Assembly: GCA_965226375.1 (NCBI GenBank)
Contig: CBDDCX010000006.1
Span: forward strand, 320,001-384,000
Source: Longimicrobiales bacterium
GTDB lineage: Bacteria > Gemmatimonadota > Gemmatimonadetes > Longimicrobiales > Gaopeijiaceae
Direction of reading: 5' to 3'
DNA length: 64,000 nt
Part shown: in pieces, positions 9,695 through 20,357 of the stretch
Numbering within the stretch: position 1 is the first letter of the stretch
Layout: each line of letters starts with the position of its first letter
Notes under the pieces: generated by a model
Seen by the model: only the letters and a program-made list of their open reading frames with translations
Told to the model about the DNA's origin: nothing
The model's database searches: none
Program-made: the position numbers and the translations under genes

Positions 9695-10053
9695 GTGTCG
9701 AGCTCCTTCAACAGGTCTCTAGATGTAGTGTCGATAAAGTCATCGTCCGCGGACCATCCGAACCGGTCCCAGTCGATGTGGCCGCCGGCGCTGAAGGTGA
9801 TGCCCTCGTCTTCCAGAAGAGCCCGTTGAATTTGGGCCGTATGGTGGATGGCAGAGGTGGAGATCTTTCCGGTGCTGTTCACGACGCGCCACCACGGAAC
9901 GTTCAAGTCATCTGTGAGAGCCGAGAGCGCGCCGCCGACCGCCCGGGGCGCTCGCGGCCGACCGGCCAGGGCCGCGACGTCCCCATAGGAGAGGATGTGG
10001 CCCCGCGGGATGGCCGTGACTACGGCGTACACGCGTCGGGTAAAGGGTGTCAT
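9691..10053 (-). CDS. Alkyltransferase-like protein (ATL, YbaZ/Atl1 type; MGMT family lacking catalytic Cys)
   Basis: IPRG..SYGDVA, RAVG, PWWRVV in place of PCHRV, QRALLEDEG. Confidence 0.85.
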   Translation of the reverse strand: MTPFTRRVYAVVTAIPRGHILSYGDVAALAGRPRAPRAVGGALSALTDDLNVPWWRVVNSTGKISTSAIHHTAQIQRALLEDEGITFSAGGHIDWDRFGWSADDDFIDTTSRDLLKELDT

Positions 10054-10230
10054 GTCGGGTGACGGAGTGATGGCTGGGGTGATGGCCGCGCCCCCATGGG
10101 TCCGCTAACGTGTGATGGCTGCACTCGCGTGGGCTCCGCTGTAGGTTGACGCACACGAGAGGGCCAGCCGAGTGTACGCGCAAGCCCCCGTACTTTTCGT
10201 TCCTCGCCCGTCCACCGTGAGCCGTTCTTC

Positions 10231-11568
10231 GTGAGAGTAATCGGCCTGACCCTGACGCTTCTGCTGCTCTTCGGGATTACGTTCGTGACGTTCGCCGCCA
10301 CGGAGCCTGCCTTCCCGGGCGCCGAGGTGGCGGTGCTCATCGGGTTCGTGCTCCTGATCGCAAATGTGGCGGGGAGCTTGGCCGCATCGTCGGGGCTGCC
10401 GAGGCTGACCGGCTACCTCATCGTGGGCATTCTGGCCGGTCCCTCGATCCTGGGGCTCATGTCGCCGGAAGCGGTGGAGGAGTTGGCGCTCATCGACCGC
10501 TTTGCCCTGGTCCTCATCGCGCTGATGGCCGGGGGGGAGCTGAAGCTGTCCCAGCTCAGGCCTCAGGCACGCAACATTCTCTACGCCACCCTTTCGGTGA
10601 CGGTCATCGTCTGGATCGGCATTACAGCGCTGGTCGTGCTCATGCGGCCTTTGGTCCCGTTCCTGGTCGAGCTCCCGATATCGGGGGTCGTGGCGGTGGG
10701 TCTGCTCCTGGGGATCTGGTGCGCCAACTCGTCACCGGATCTCACGGTGGGGGTCATCGAGGAGATGCACACCAGCGGTCCACTGGTGGACGTGATCCTC
10801 GGGGTCACCATCGTCAAGGACGTAGTGGTCATCGTGTTCTTCACATTGACCATGGCCCTCGTAGCCCCACTGCTGAATCCCGGAGAACATTTCGACAGCC
10901 TTATCCTGCTCCACCTGGCGCGCGACGTGGGCGGCGCGTTGGTGGTTGGCGCCGGCATGGGCTGGGTCTTTTCGGTTTACCTGGGAGACGACAAGGTCCG
11001 CCACCGCCCGCCCGTGGCGACCTTTCTGTTCGCCTACGTTGTGGTCGTGGTGGCCGCGCGGCTCCAGGTGGAGCTGCTGCTCACCGGTGTCGCGGCTGGA
11101 TTCGTTATCGAGAACCTTTCGCCGGCGGGAGATCGCATGATCCGCGGCATCCAGTCCGTTGCTGTGGTGGTCTTCGCCTTCTTCTTCGCGGTTGCCGGCG
11201 CTCGTCTCGATCTCGGGGCCGTGCGTCAGTTTTGGCTCGCTGCCCTCATCATCTTCACCGGCCGTGCCGCTCTTACGTATTGGGGTGCCCGGGTGGGGCT
11301 CGCCCGGGCGGGGGCTCCGCCCGAGATCGAGCAGAAGACCTGGCAGGGCCTCCTGTCACAGGGTGGAGTGACGTTAGGCCTGATACTCCTGATCCAGGAC
11401 AGCTTCCCTTCCGTGGCCTCGGGCATCGTAGCACTCGGGATGGCGGTCATCATCGGCAACATCATGGGTGGCCCCATTCTGCTGAAACGGGCCCTCTCGA
11501 GTGTGGAGTCACCCTCCACTCCAGATGCTGAGCCGCAGGCCGCGGCCGCTACTGTGGCCGGACACTGA
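10231..11568 (+). CDS. Cation:proton antiporter family protein
   Basis: About 12 hydrophobic segments; LPRLTGYLIVGILAGP; GGEL; VKD. Confidence 0.8.
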   Translation: MRVIGLTLTLLLLFGITFVTFAATEPAFPGAEVAVLIGFVLLIANVAGSLAASSGLPRLTGYLIVGILAGPSILGLMSPEAVEELALIDRFALVLIALMAGGELKLSQLRPQARNILYATLSVTVIVWIGITALVVLMRPLVPFLVELPISGVVAVGLLLGIWCANSSPDLTVGVIEEMHTSGPLVDVILGVTIVKDVVVIVFFTLTMALVAPLLNPGEHFDSLILLHLARDVGGALVVGAGMGWVFSVYLGDDKVRHRPPVATFLFAYVVVVVAARLQVELLLTGVAAGFVIENLSPAGDRMIRGIQSVAVVVFAFFFAVAGARLDLGAVRQFWLAALIIFTGRAALTYWGARVGLARAGAPPEIEQKTWQGLLSQGGVTLGLILLIQDSFPSVASGIVALGMAVIIGNIMGGPILLKRALSSVESPSTPDAEPQAAAATVAGH

Positions 11569-11571
11569 GCG

Positions 11572-12531
11572 ATGCGTCACGTCCATGGATCCGCGTATCG
11601 TCACGCCTTCGGAGCTCGAGGCCGGGACGTAGAAAGCAGCGTTGTGGATCGCCGCTCTCAAGCGGGGCGACTGTGGATCGTGCTCGTCATCACCGGCGCC
11701 TTCATGGTGGCAGAGTTGGTCGGCGGAGTGTTGTCCAACTCCCTGGCCCTTCTGGCCGATGCCGGTCACATGCTCACGGATGTACTGGCGTTGGGCTTGT
11801 CCCTGATTGCTATGCGCCTGGCGATGCGCCCCCCGAGCCAGGAGCGGACGTTCGGCTATGTTCGCCTGGAGATTCTGGCGGCTCTGGTCAACGGAGCCGT
11901 CTTGCTGGGGATCAGCGTGTGGATCGCCTGGGAGGCGTGGGGGCGACTGACGACGCCCGAAAAGGTGGACGGTCCCCTGATGATGACGGTGGCCGTTCTC
12001 GGGCTCCTGGTGAACCTGGCCGGCGCGGCCCTTCTCAAGGAGCATGCCGGGGACAACCTGAATGTCCGAGGAGCATACCTTCACGTTCTCGGTGACCTTC
12101 TCGGATCCGTGGGAGCCATCGGAGCCGGCGCCATCATCCTGCTCACCGGATGGACGCCCGCCGATCCGCTGGCGTCGGTGATCATCGCGGGGCTCATCCT
12201 GTTGGGGGCCTGGCGCCTGGTGCGAGAGGCTGCCGAGGTTCTCCTGGAGATGGTGCCCCGGCACGTGGACATGACGGAGGTCCTCAAGGACCTGAGGGCG
12301 ATCCCTCACCTCGAGGACGTACATGATCTGCATGTCTGGACGCTGACGAGTGGGTTCGTGGCGCTCAGCGGGCACGGTGTGCTCGATGACCCCACCCGCC
12401 ACCAGAGCGTTCTGGACGAGATCGGCGAGCGTATGGCAGAGCGTGGCATCGAGCACGTGACCTTCCAGCTGGAGCCGGTGCGTCTTCACCAGATCACGCC
12501 CGTGGAGCGGGAGGAGGGGGCCGGTGAGTGA
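11572..12531 (+). CDS. Cation diffusion facilitator (CzcD/ZitB-like Zn/Co/Cd efflux)
   Basis: SLALLADAGHMLTD, TFGYxRLEIL, AYLHVLGD, HDLHVW. Confidence 0.92.
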   Translation: MRHVHGSAYRHAFGARGRDVESSVVDRRSQAGRLWIVLVITGAFMVAELVGGVLSNSLALLADAGHMLTDVLALGLSLIAMRLAMRPPSQERTFGYVRLEILAALVNGAVLLGISVWIAWEAWGRLTTPEKVDGPLMMTVAVLGLLVNLAGAALLKEHAGDNLNVRGAYLHVLGDLLGSVGAIGAGAIILLTGWTPADPLASVIIAGLILLGAWRLVREAAEVLLEMVPRHVDMTEVLKDLRAIPHLEDVHDLHVWTLTSGFVALSGHGVLDDPTRHQSVLDEIGERMAERGIEHVTFQLEPVRLHQITPVEREEGAGE

Positions 12532-12780
12532 GGTTGCGGAGGACGTTTGGGAGGACCGGAGAGGACCGGAGGATGGGGAGGATCGGAGAACGCGTTGAGG
12601 GATGCATGAGTAACATATGAGTAAGCGGTGAGTGATCGAGGTCCGGTACGATGTCGACTGAGTCGATTGACCCGGAGCTGACGCCCCACCGTGTTGCGGA
12701 GCACCCCCAGCCCCATATCATGAGGGTCCTCACGGATCACTGAAGCCCCCGGCACGGGGACGCTACGAAGGAGCGGTACC

Positions 12781-14199
12781 ATGAGACGCATGCTTTTCCT
12801 CTTTGCCGGTCTCGCCCTGGCTCTTCCCACGTTGTTGGGAGCCCAGCTCGCCACCGAGCTCACCAGCCAGATGCGGAACCGTTACGTCACGGTCTCCGCG
12901 CCCGCGTTCGTTCTCAGGAACGTGACGCTGGTCGATGGCACGGGTGGACCGCCCCAGCGTGGCGTCTCCGTGGTCGTCGAAGAAGGACGTATCACGCAGA
13001 TCGGTACCAACGTGGACATCCCCCAAGATGCCGATGTGCTGACCTACTCGGGTCACACGCTCATTCCGGGCCTCTTCGGCCTGCACGATCACATGTATTA
13101 CTCGGGCCAGGGACGAGGCGCTCAGATGTCGTTCACCGGGCCGCGCCTCTACCTCGGCGCCGGAGTGACCACGGTCCGGACCACAGGAAGCCGGCAGCCG
13201 TACGCCGAGATCAACCTCAAGGCCGAGATCGACAAGGGGCGGTTACCGGGCCCCCGGATTCATATCACGGCGCCGTACATCACAGGGGGTGAAGGAGCCA
13301 CAGGCATGACCCTTCTCAACTCCCCTGAGCAGGCCCGGCGCTTCGTGGCCTATTGGGGCGAGGAGGGAGCCACCTGGATCAAGGCCTACACGGGGATTCG
13401 TCGGGCCGAGATGGCGGCTGTCGTCGACGAGGCACACAAGCGCGGCATGAAGGTGACCGGGCACATCTGCTCCATCAGCTTCGCCGAGGCGGTGGACATG
13501 GGCTTCGACAACATCGAGCACGGGCTTCACACGGCGTCGGACTACAACCCAGACAAGGAGCCCGACAAGTGCCCGCCGAACAACCGCGTGGTCGCCCTCA
13601 ACGTCGACGTGAGGGGTCCCGAGGTCGAGGCCACGTTCAGGAAGATGATCGACGCCGGCGTGGCCATGACGTCGACCCTGCCGGTCTACGAGATGTCCTA
13701 CCCGAACCGTGATGTGAGGGACCCTCGGGCACTCGAGGCCATGACGCCCGAGATCCGTGAGCTCTACCTCGCCGATCGTGACCGCATCGACAACGATCCC
13801 AATGCCCTGAGCGTCGATCTCTTCAAGAACGCCATGGCGTACGAGGTCCGATTCGTGGAGATGGGCGGAGTCTTGGCCAACGGGGTCGATCCGACCGGCA
13901 GGGGTGGTGCCTTGGCCGGGTACGGGGACCAGCGCGGCGTCGAGCTTCTGGTCGAGGCCGAGTTCACGTTCGCACAGGCCATCCAGATCGCAAGCCTGAA
14001 CGGGGCCAAGATTCTGGGCGTGGACGACGACCTCGGCAGCATCGAGGTCGGCAAGGTTGCGGACATGGTGCTCCTGCGCGGGGACCTTACGGGTGACCCG
14101 TCGATCATCCGGAACACCGTCACCGTGTTCAAGGACGGTGTGGGTTATGACTCCCGCACGCTCCTCGACGAAGTGAAGGGACAGGTAGGGATCCGCTGA
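12781..14199 (+). CDS. Secreted amidohydrolase family protein
   Basis: Signal peptide; IPGLxxLHDH, GVTTVR, IEHG, GSIEVGKVADMV. Confidence 0.88.
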   Translation: MRRMLFLFAGLALALPTLLGAQLATELTSQMRNRYVTVSAPAFVLRNVTLVDGTGGPPQRGVSVVVEEGRITQIGTNVDIPQDADVLTYSGHTLIPGLFGLHDHMYYSGQGRGAQMSFTGPRLYLGAGVTTVRTTGSRQPYAEINLKAEIDKGRLPGPRIHITAPYITGGEGATGMTLLNSPEQARRFVAYWGEEGATWIKAYTGIRRAEMAAVVDEAHKRGMKVTGHICSISFAEAVDMGFDNIEHGLHTASDYNPDKEPDKCPPNNRVVALNVDVRGPEVEATFRKMIDAGVAMTSTLPVYEMSYPNRDVRDPRALEAMTPEIRELYLADRDRIDNDPNALSVDLFKNAMAYEVRFVEMGGVLANGVDPTGRGGALAGYGDQRGVELLVEAEFTFAQAIQIASLNGAKILGVDDDLGSIEVGKVADMVLLRGDLTGDPSIIRNTVTVFKDGVGYDSRTLLDEVKGQVGIR

Positions 14200-14723
14200 T
14201 GGCTGGTGCGGTGCGGCGGGTGATCGGGCGGCGGCAGATTGCGCGGTTGCTTTGCCCGCCCCTGGTCCTCGCCGCCCTCTCGGGATCGGTCCTTGCGACG
14301 GGGGTCGCGGCCCAGACAGCCGAGGAACAGGCGGTGATCGATGCAGCCCAGGCCGCGTTCGACGCCATGGAGGCCCGCGATCCCGACGCGTTGCGGGCCT
14401 CCATGACGCCCGAAGGCTTTTTCATGGCCGTCGGATTCGAGACTACGCGGCGCACCACCCGCGATGAGTTCGCCAGCCGTCTTGCCGATGCCCCTCAGCC
14501 TCTGTACGAACGCATGTGGGATCCAGAGGTCCGGATCGACGGGCCCGTAGCCACTCTCTGGACGGCATACGACTTCTACCGCGGCCTGGAGTTCAGCCAC
14601 TGCGGCACGGACGCGATCCAATTGGCCAAGACGCCCGACGGCTGGAAGATCACGGCGGCCAGTTACACGGTGCAGATGCCGCCGGACTGCAGCACGCATC
14701 CCGACGGACCGCCGGGGGGGTGA
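14199..14723 (+). CDS. NTF2-like / lumazine-binding-like secreted protein
   Basis: ERMWDPEVRIDGPVATLW, FSHCGTDAIQL, GWKI; coupled to the upstream stop codon. Confidence 0.75.
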   Translation: MAGAVRRVIGRRQIARLLCPPLVLAALSGSVLATGVAAQTAEEQAVIDAAQAAFDAMEARDPDALRASMTPEGFFMAVGFETTRRTTRDEFASRLADAPQPLYERMWDPEVRIDGPVATLWTAYDFYRGLEFSHCGTDAIQLAKTPDGWKITAASYTVQMPPDCSTHPDGPPGG

Positions 14724-14849
14724 GGCTCCTACGTCCAAGATACAGGCGGTCTTACTGACGTCCTAGCAACGTGGCTCTTTCCGGCGCCGGGGCCGAAGGT
14801 GAAGTTGTTACGCTAGGATTGGGCGGACCACCTGCAACGGGAGAGATGC

Positions 14850-15347
14850 GTGCGCGATGCCGATCGACTGAAAGACCCGGCTACGGGCCTTGCCAGCGAG
14901 TGGCACTTCGAGATCCTGTTCGACTTTATCTTTCCGATTGCACATCGCGGCGTCCACATGACGTTGGTTCTGTTCGGAATCGACGAAAGCTCCTGGGCCG
15001 AGGGACAGCCCGACCCGAAGCAGCAGGTGACCGAACTGGGAGCGGCGATCGGATCCGTGACCCGAGACACCGATCTCGTGGCACGCTATGGAGAGGACCT
15101 GTTCATCTGTCTTCTGCCCCTCTGTAACGTCCAGGGCGGGTTGATCTTCGCCGATCGCATCCGTGATGCGATTTCCGACTATACGAGCCGGACCGGGACT
15201 ACCGTGAGTGCGGCCATCGCGAGTTATCGCGGTGATGACGACGGGACCAAAGAGGATATGCTCCAAGCTCTCAAGGGAGCGCTTGTCGAGGCCTGGGCTC
15301 AGGGTGGAGATCGAGTCGAGATACCGAAGGACGGCTGGAACCACTGA
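14850..15347 (+). CDS. Stand-alone degenerate GGDEF domain protein
   Basis: DPATGL, RDTD-LVARY-GEDLF, TVSAAIA, GGDRV. Confidence 0.75.
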   Translation: MRDADRLKDPATGLASEWHFEILFDFIFPIAHRGVHMTLVLFGIDESSWAEGQPDPKQQVTELGAAIGSVTRDTDLVARYGEDLFICLLPLCNVQGGLIFADRIRDAISDYTSRTGTTVSAAIASYRGDDDGTKEDMLQALKGALVEAWAQGGDRVEIPKDGWNH

Positions 15348-15483
15348 GGGTCGCCCACCCCGCAGGACTGGCGTCGCGGTCCCTGTTTTGACACCTTTGC
15401 GCCTTCACGGGATCAATTGAACTATCCCGATAGTAGAAGACGCTTCTTTACGTGAAGTCCATGTACCGAGGGAGGGAAGAAAG

Positions 15484-16137
15484 ATGCGATCGAGTCTTGT
15501 TGCGCTTGTAGCGCTCATGCTGGCGGTGCCTCTGGCAGCGCAGGAGCCGATGGACGCCGACCGGGCGATCGAGGGTGGGGGTGAGTTGGCCGAGGGGTGG
15601 ATGGGACGGACCGACGGTGGTGCGACGTTCGAGAACGTTCGGTGCACCGAAGAAGGTGGTATGCTCGACATCAGTGTCGGCCCTGCCATCGTGCTGTACC
15701 AGCCCGAGGACATGGCGCACGGAGAGTACACCGCGTCCGGTACTTTCGAGCAGCTCACTTCCAAGGGACACGCCCACGGCATCGGGCTGATTGTCGGTGG
15801 TGCCGATCTACAGGGTGCGGACCAGGTGTACACGTACTTCCTGGTTCGCGGTGACGGCAACTTCATCATCAAGACCCGGACCGGGGGCGAGACCTTCGAG
15901 TTGGCTCCCTGGACGCCGCACGGATCCATCCAACAGAGTGACGACTCGGGCCGTGCGGTCAACGACATGTCCGTCGAGGTGGGTGCCGAGGACGTCGTCT
16001 TCAAGATGAATGGGCAGGAGGTCCACCGCGAGAAGACGGCCGACATCTACACCGACGGGGTGTGGGGCGTCCGGCTGAATCACAATCTGGACATGAGGAT
16101 CAAGAACCTGGAGCTGGAGATGCACGGGGGTCACTAG
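15484..16137 (+). CDS. Secreted beta-sandwich hypothetical protein (concanavalin/DUF1080-like fold suspected)
   Basis: Signal peptide; YFLVRGDG, GVWGVRLNHNLD. Confidence 0.65.
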   Translation: MRSSLVALVALMLAVPLAAQEPMDADRAIEGGGELAEGWMGRTDGGATFENVRCTEEGGMLDISVGPAIVLYQPEDMAHGEYTASGTFEQLTSKGHAHGIGLIVGGADLQGADQVYTYFLVRGDGNFIIKTRTGGETFELAPWTPHGSIQQSDDSGRAVNDMSVEVGAEDVVFKMNGQEVHREKTADIYTDGVWGVRLNHNLDMRIKNLELEMHGGH

Positions 16138-16164
16138 AGCCCCGGTCTCGCTGCAGGGAACTTC

Positions 16165-16199
16165 AAGAGGGCCGGGCCACGTCGGCCCGGCCCTCTTTT
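16165..16199 (+). terminator. Rho-independent terminator (group IIC intron target)
   Basis: 14-bp stem AAGAGGGCCGGGCC / GGCCCGGCCCTCTT with 5-nt loop and T-run. Confidence 0.9.
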
Positions 16200-16204
16200 G
16201 TGTG

Positions 16205-18104
16205 GTGGGCCCGGCATGGGCGATGACTTGGAGGTGAAAGTCCTCCCGGAACCTGGTCGCAGGGACCGAAGGGAAGCGCAAGGCGTTCGTCGTGAGGCGT
16301 ACGCTGAACGAAGCGTGAAACGAACCCGTGAGTCGACGAACAGGAACCGGATACGAGGTGCTGCGGACCGGGGCGAGCGGACCACTGACCGCGAAGCTCC
16401 TGCGACCAAGGGGAAGCGGCGTAGATCCGGCGATTGTGCGGGGAAGGTCATCGTTCTTACCCGGGGAGGTCTCGCCTGACGCCTGAAAGGGCGACGCCGG
16501 CATTGCGCTGTTGGGCCTGCCGGCGGAGCGAGAAGTCAGCAGAGGCCATAGTAGGCCGACGAAGTGCATGATGCGCTTGGACCCAGCTTTGTCGGACGAA
16601 GGGCCGAACGGAGAGGAGAGTGTGACGACCGTGGATCTCGAGAAGGCCATGCGCCAGGAGTCCAGGCAACTGGAGCTCCCGCTGGAGGATAGGGGTGAAG
16701 CCCCGAAGGTAGAGGGGAGTGGCGAAGCCGGAACGGTGGCCCATGGAGACGAGCGCTCAGGAAGCGAGCATCTCCTGATGGAGGAGGTGGTCGGGCGTGC
16801 CAACCTCGTAGGAGCGTTGAAACGCGTGCGGCAGAATAAGGGCAGTCCGGGCATCGACGGGATGAGCGTGGAGGAGCTGCCAGAGTACTTGCGCAGGCAC
16901 TGGGGGGAGATCCGACAGCGGTTGCTGGCGGGGACCTACCAACCGAAGCCGGTACGAAGGCAGGAGATACCGAAGAGTGGGGGAGGGGTCCGGGAGTTGG
17001 GGATTCCGACCGTGCTGGACCGGTTCATCCAACAAGCCATCCTGCAGGTGCTGCAACCGAGGTTCGACCCGACGTTCAGTCGGCACAGCCACGGCTTCCG
17101 GCCTGGGCGCCGAGCACACGATGCGGTGCGCGAAGCGCAGCAATACATCCAGGAAGGGAGACGATGGGTGGTGGATGTGGACCTGGAGAAGTTTTTCGAC
17201 CGGGTGAACCACGACGTGCTGATGGGGCGGCTGGCAAAGCGGATCGAGGATAAGGCGATGCTGCGGATCCTCCGTCGCTACCTGGAAGCCGGAGTCATGG
17301 CGAACGGGGTGGTGATGGAGCGGCACATGGGGACGCCTCAGGGCGGACCGTTGTCGCCGTTGCTGGCGAACGTGCTCCTGGACGAAGTGGACAAGGAGTT
17401 GGAGCTACGCGGACACGCGTTTGTCCGGTACGCCGATGACTGCAATGTATACGTGCGGTCGAGGCGGGCAGGACAACGTGTGATGCAGGCGCTGAGGCAC
17501 TTGTACGGGAAACTTCGGCTTCAGGTCAACGAGGAAAAGAGCGCGGTGGCGCGAGTGTGGGATCGACAGTTCCTGGGCTACAGCTTCTGGGTAGCGGCAG
17601 GGAAGGTCGTGAAGCGCCGGGTCAGCAAGAAGGCCCTGACGAAGTTCAAGGAGCGAGTCCGGCAGATTACAAGCCGGAGTGGCGGGCGGAGCCTGCAACA
17701 GGTGGCGGAAGAGCTACGGCGCTACGTGCTGGGGTGGAAGGCATACTTCGGCTTAGCGGATACACCGGGGGTTTTCCGAGACCTGGACCAATGGATCCAC
17801 CGCCGGCTGCGTACGTTGCAATTACGCCAGTGGAAACGGGGAAGGACAGCGTACCGGGAGTTGAGGGCTCGCGGTGTGAGCGAGAACCTCGCCTGGCGAG
17901 CTGCTCGGTTCGCGCGAAGCTGGTGGCACGTGGCCGCGCACCACGCCCTGCACACGGCCTTGCCAGGGGCGTACTTCGACGAGCTGGGTGTGCCCCGGCT
18001 CACGCCGTACTGACCTCAACTCACCGAACCGCCAGGTGCGGACCCGCATGCCTGGTGGTGTGGGAGGGGAAGGACCGGGATCGCCGGTCCTCCCCTATCC
18101 CGAT
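16205..18104 (+). mobile_element. Group IIC intron
   Basis: 5' GTGGGCCCGGCATGGG just after a terminator; RT ORF; domain V GAACCGCC...GCATGCCTGGTGGTGTG with CGC triad; domain VI ending CTATCCCGAT. Confidence 0.92.
16622..18013 (+). CDS. ltrA: Group II intron reverse transcriptase/maturase, no endonuclease domain
   Basis: NKGSPGIDG, RELGIPTVLDR, VDLEKFFD, GTPQGGPLSP, RYADD; start approximate (GTG after GGAGAGGAG). Confidence 0.93.
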   Translation: MTTVDLEKAMRQESRQLELPLEDRGEAPKVEGSGEAGTVAHGDERSGSEHLLMEEVVGRANLVGALKRVRQNKGSPGIDGMSVEELPEYLRRHWGEIRQRLLAGTYQPKPVRRQEIPKSGGGVRELGIPTVLDRFIQQAILQVLQPRFDPTFSRHSHGFRPGRRAHDAVREAQQYIQEGRRWVVDVDLEKFFDRVNHDVLMGRLAKRIEDKAMLRILRRYLEAGVMANGVVMERHMGTPQGGPLSPLLANVLLDEVDKELELRGHAFVRYADDCNVYVRSRRAGQRVMQALRHLYGKLRLQVNEEKSAVARVWDRQFLGYSFWVAAGKVVKRRVSKKALTKFKERVRQITSRSGGRSLQQVAEELRRYVLGWKAYFGLADTPGVFRDLDQWIHRRLRTLQLRQWKRGRTAYRELRARGVSENLAWRAARFARSWWHVAAHHALHTALPGAYFDELGVPRLTPY

Positions 18105-18136
18105 TGACCATCGCGAGCTGATCGGAGGAGTGGGAC

Positions 18137-19357
18137 ATGCGGGGACACCGTGCGATGCCTGTCCTGGCGTTGGTGGCGGCGCTGATATCGCCACTTGCGA
18201 GCGTCCGCACGCTGATGGCTCAGTCGTTGGAGGAGTTCGATCGAGTCTACGACGAGTTGCGCCAGGGACTTCAGTACGAGAGCGACGTCCCCACCGGGCG
18301 CATCGAGCTCACCCGCAAGAATCGCGACGGGCTGCTTCACCGCTACCTGCTGCTCATCCCGGAAAGCTACGATCCCGCACGGCGTTACCCGGTCAGTGTG
18401 TACCTGCACGGCGGTGTGGGCCGGCCTGATCCGGGCCCCGGGGGCGGATGGTGGCGCAACACCGAGCGTGTCACGAGCGAAGACCACATCGCCGTCATGC
18501 CCCTCTCGACGCGTGAGTCGCTGTGGTGGCAGGCGAGTCAGGTAGAGAACCTCAACGCGATCCTGACCGACCTGAAACAGACGTACAACGTGGACGAGAA
18601 TCGTGTGTTCGTGACAGGCGTGTCGGACGGAGGTACCGGTGTGTACTTCCTGGGCTTTCGGGACACCACACCGTGGGCCGGCTTCCTGCCGTTTATCGGA
18701 TATCCGGGTGTGCTGTTGAACCCCCGGGTGGGGGCCGACGGGATGATGCACCTCGCGAACCTGGTCAACAAGCCGCTCTTCATCGTGAACGGTGAGACCG
18801 ATCGACTCTACCCCGTCCGTAACATGGCGCCGTTCCTCGAGGACTTCGAGAAGCTGGGTGTCGATTTCGTGTTCACGCCCAAGCCGGGGGGACACAGCAC
18901 GAGTTGGTGGCCGGACGAGGTCGACAACATCGCGGACTTCATGGAATCCCACCCGAGAGATCCACTTCCCGACCGGGTCATCTGGGTGACGGAGTGGACC
19001 GACCGGTACAACCGGGCGCACTGGGTGGTCATCGACAAGATCGGGGACATCAAAGGCGACGAGGACAGGGGCGAGTTGGCGAGCAAGACCTACGATGGGG
19101 CGAGCGCCCTCATCGACGCGGTCCGGGACGGTAACACGGTCACGATTCACGCGTACCACGCGCCGCGATTTACACTGCTCATCTCGCCCGCCGATTTCGA
19201 TCTCGACCAGCCTGTCCGCATCGTGACCAATGGAGAGGTATCTTTCGAGGGGCTCGTCGAGCCCAGCGTGGCCACTCTCCGCAAGTGGGCGGCGCGAGAC
19301 CATGACCGAACCATGCTCTTCGCGGCCGAGATCACGGTCGAGATAGAGTCACGATAA
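18137..19357 (+). CDS. Secreted alpha/beta hydrolase (esterase/peptidase-like)
   Basis: [16 protein letters not shown] nucleophile elbow, NGETD, GGH; signal peptide. Confidence 0.75.
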   Translation: MRGHRAMPVLALVAALISPLASVRTLMAQSLEEFDRVYDELRQGLQYESDVPTGRIELTRKNRDGLLHRYLLLIPESYDPARRYPVSVYLHGGVGRPDPGPGGGWWRNTERVTSEDHIAVMPLSTRESLWWQASQVENLNAILTDLKQTYNVDENRVFVTGVSDGGTGVYFLGFRDTTPWAGFLPFIGYPGVLLNPRVGADGMMHLANLVNKPLFIVNGETDRLYPVRNMAPFLEDFEKLGVDFVFTPKPGGHSTSWWPDEVDNIADFMESHPRDPLPDRVIWVTEWTDRYNRAHWVVIDKIGDIKGDEDRGELASKTYDGASALIDAVRDGNTVTIHAYHAPRFTLLISPADFDLDQPVRIVTNGEVSFEGLVEPSVATLRKWAARDHDRTMLFAAEITVEIESR

Positions 19358-19367
19358 GAGACCACGC

Positions 19368-20357
19368 ATGAGTTTTCCGAGGCGCCGACTACGACGGCTT
19401 CGCCAGAACGAGACTTGGCGGCGGGCGGTGAGGGCAACGGCGCTCTCCGTGAACGACCTCGTTTATCCCCTCTTCGTCGTAGAGGGAGAGGGAGTGAGAA
19501 ACCCCGTGTCGAGCATGCCCGGGGTCTTCCAGCTTTCGGTGGACCTCGCGGTGGAGGAGGCGAGGGAGGCCCACGAGCTGGGTATTACTGCGATCATCCT
19601 CTTCGGCGTTCTCGACGACGAGCAGAAGGATGCCCAGGGCTCTGCCGGTGACGATCCCGAGGGCATCGTCCCCCGAGCGATTCGGGCCATCAAGGCCGCG
19701 GTCCCCGACCTGCTGGTGTGGGCGGACGTCTGTCTGTGCGAGTACACCGATCACGGCCATTGCGGTTTGCTGAACGAGGCAGGAGAGGTGGACAATGACG
19801 CGTCGCTCCCACTCCTGACCCGCGCGGCCGTCACCTACGCTGAAGCCGGCGCCGACGCGGTAGCTCCCAGCGACATGATGGATGGCCGCGTGGGTGCAAT
19901 CCGCACGGCCCTCGACATAGCCGAGCTTCCCGATGTGGTGATTGTCGCTTATTCGGCCAAGTACGCTTCGGCATACTACGGACCCTTCCGCGATGCGGCT
20001 CACTCGGCCCCCGCCCACGGGGACCGGCGCGCCTATCAGATGGATCCACCCAATGGCGACGAAGCACTGCGCGAGGTGGAGTTGGACATCGAGGAGGGCG
20101 CAGACATCGTCATGGTCAAACCGGCCGGACCGTATATGGACGTCGTCTTTCGGGTGAAGGAAGCGTTCGGCATGCCCACGGCGGCGTATCAGGTGTCGGG
20201 CGAGTACTCCATCATCAAGGCCGCGGCCGAAAAGGGTTGGATCGACGAGGATCGTATGGTCATGGAGAGCTTGGTGGGACTCAAGCGGGCCGGGGCCGAC
20301 CTGATCCTCACGTACTTTGCCAAAGACGCCGCCCGGGCGTTGAAGGGACAGGCGTGA
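19368..20357 (+). CDS. hemB: Porphobilinogen synthase
   Basis: [41 protein letters not shown]. Confidence 0.97.
   Translation: MSFPRRRLRRLRQNETWRRAVRATALSVNDLVYPLFVVEGEGVRNPVSSMPGVFQLSVDLAVEEAREAHELGITAIILFGVLDDEQKDAQGSAGDDPEGIVPRAIRAIKAAVPDLLVWADVCLCEYTDHGHCGLLNEAGEVDNDASLPLLTRAAVTYAEAGADAVAPSDMMDGRVGAIRTALDIAELPDVVIVAYSAKYASAYYGPFRDAAHSAPAHGDRRAYQMDPPNGDEALREVELDIEEGADIVMVKPAGPYMDVVFRVKEAFGMPTAAYQVSGEYSIIKAAAEKGWIDEDRMVMESLVGLKRAGADLILTYFAKDAARALKGQA

Noticed and set aside
9691..10053. Functional link between the ATL gene and uvrA
   Set aside because: An ATL-NER link is known, but the genes are 48 kb apart with no evidence of linkage here
16511..18013. RT as a retron, DGR or defence RT
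   Set aside because: Flanking DV/DVI RNA structure, terminator target and maturase region identify a group IIC intron
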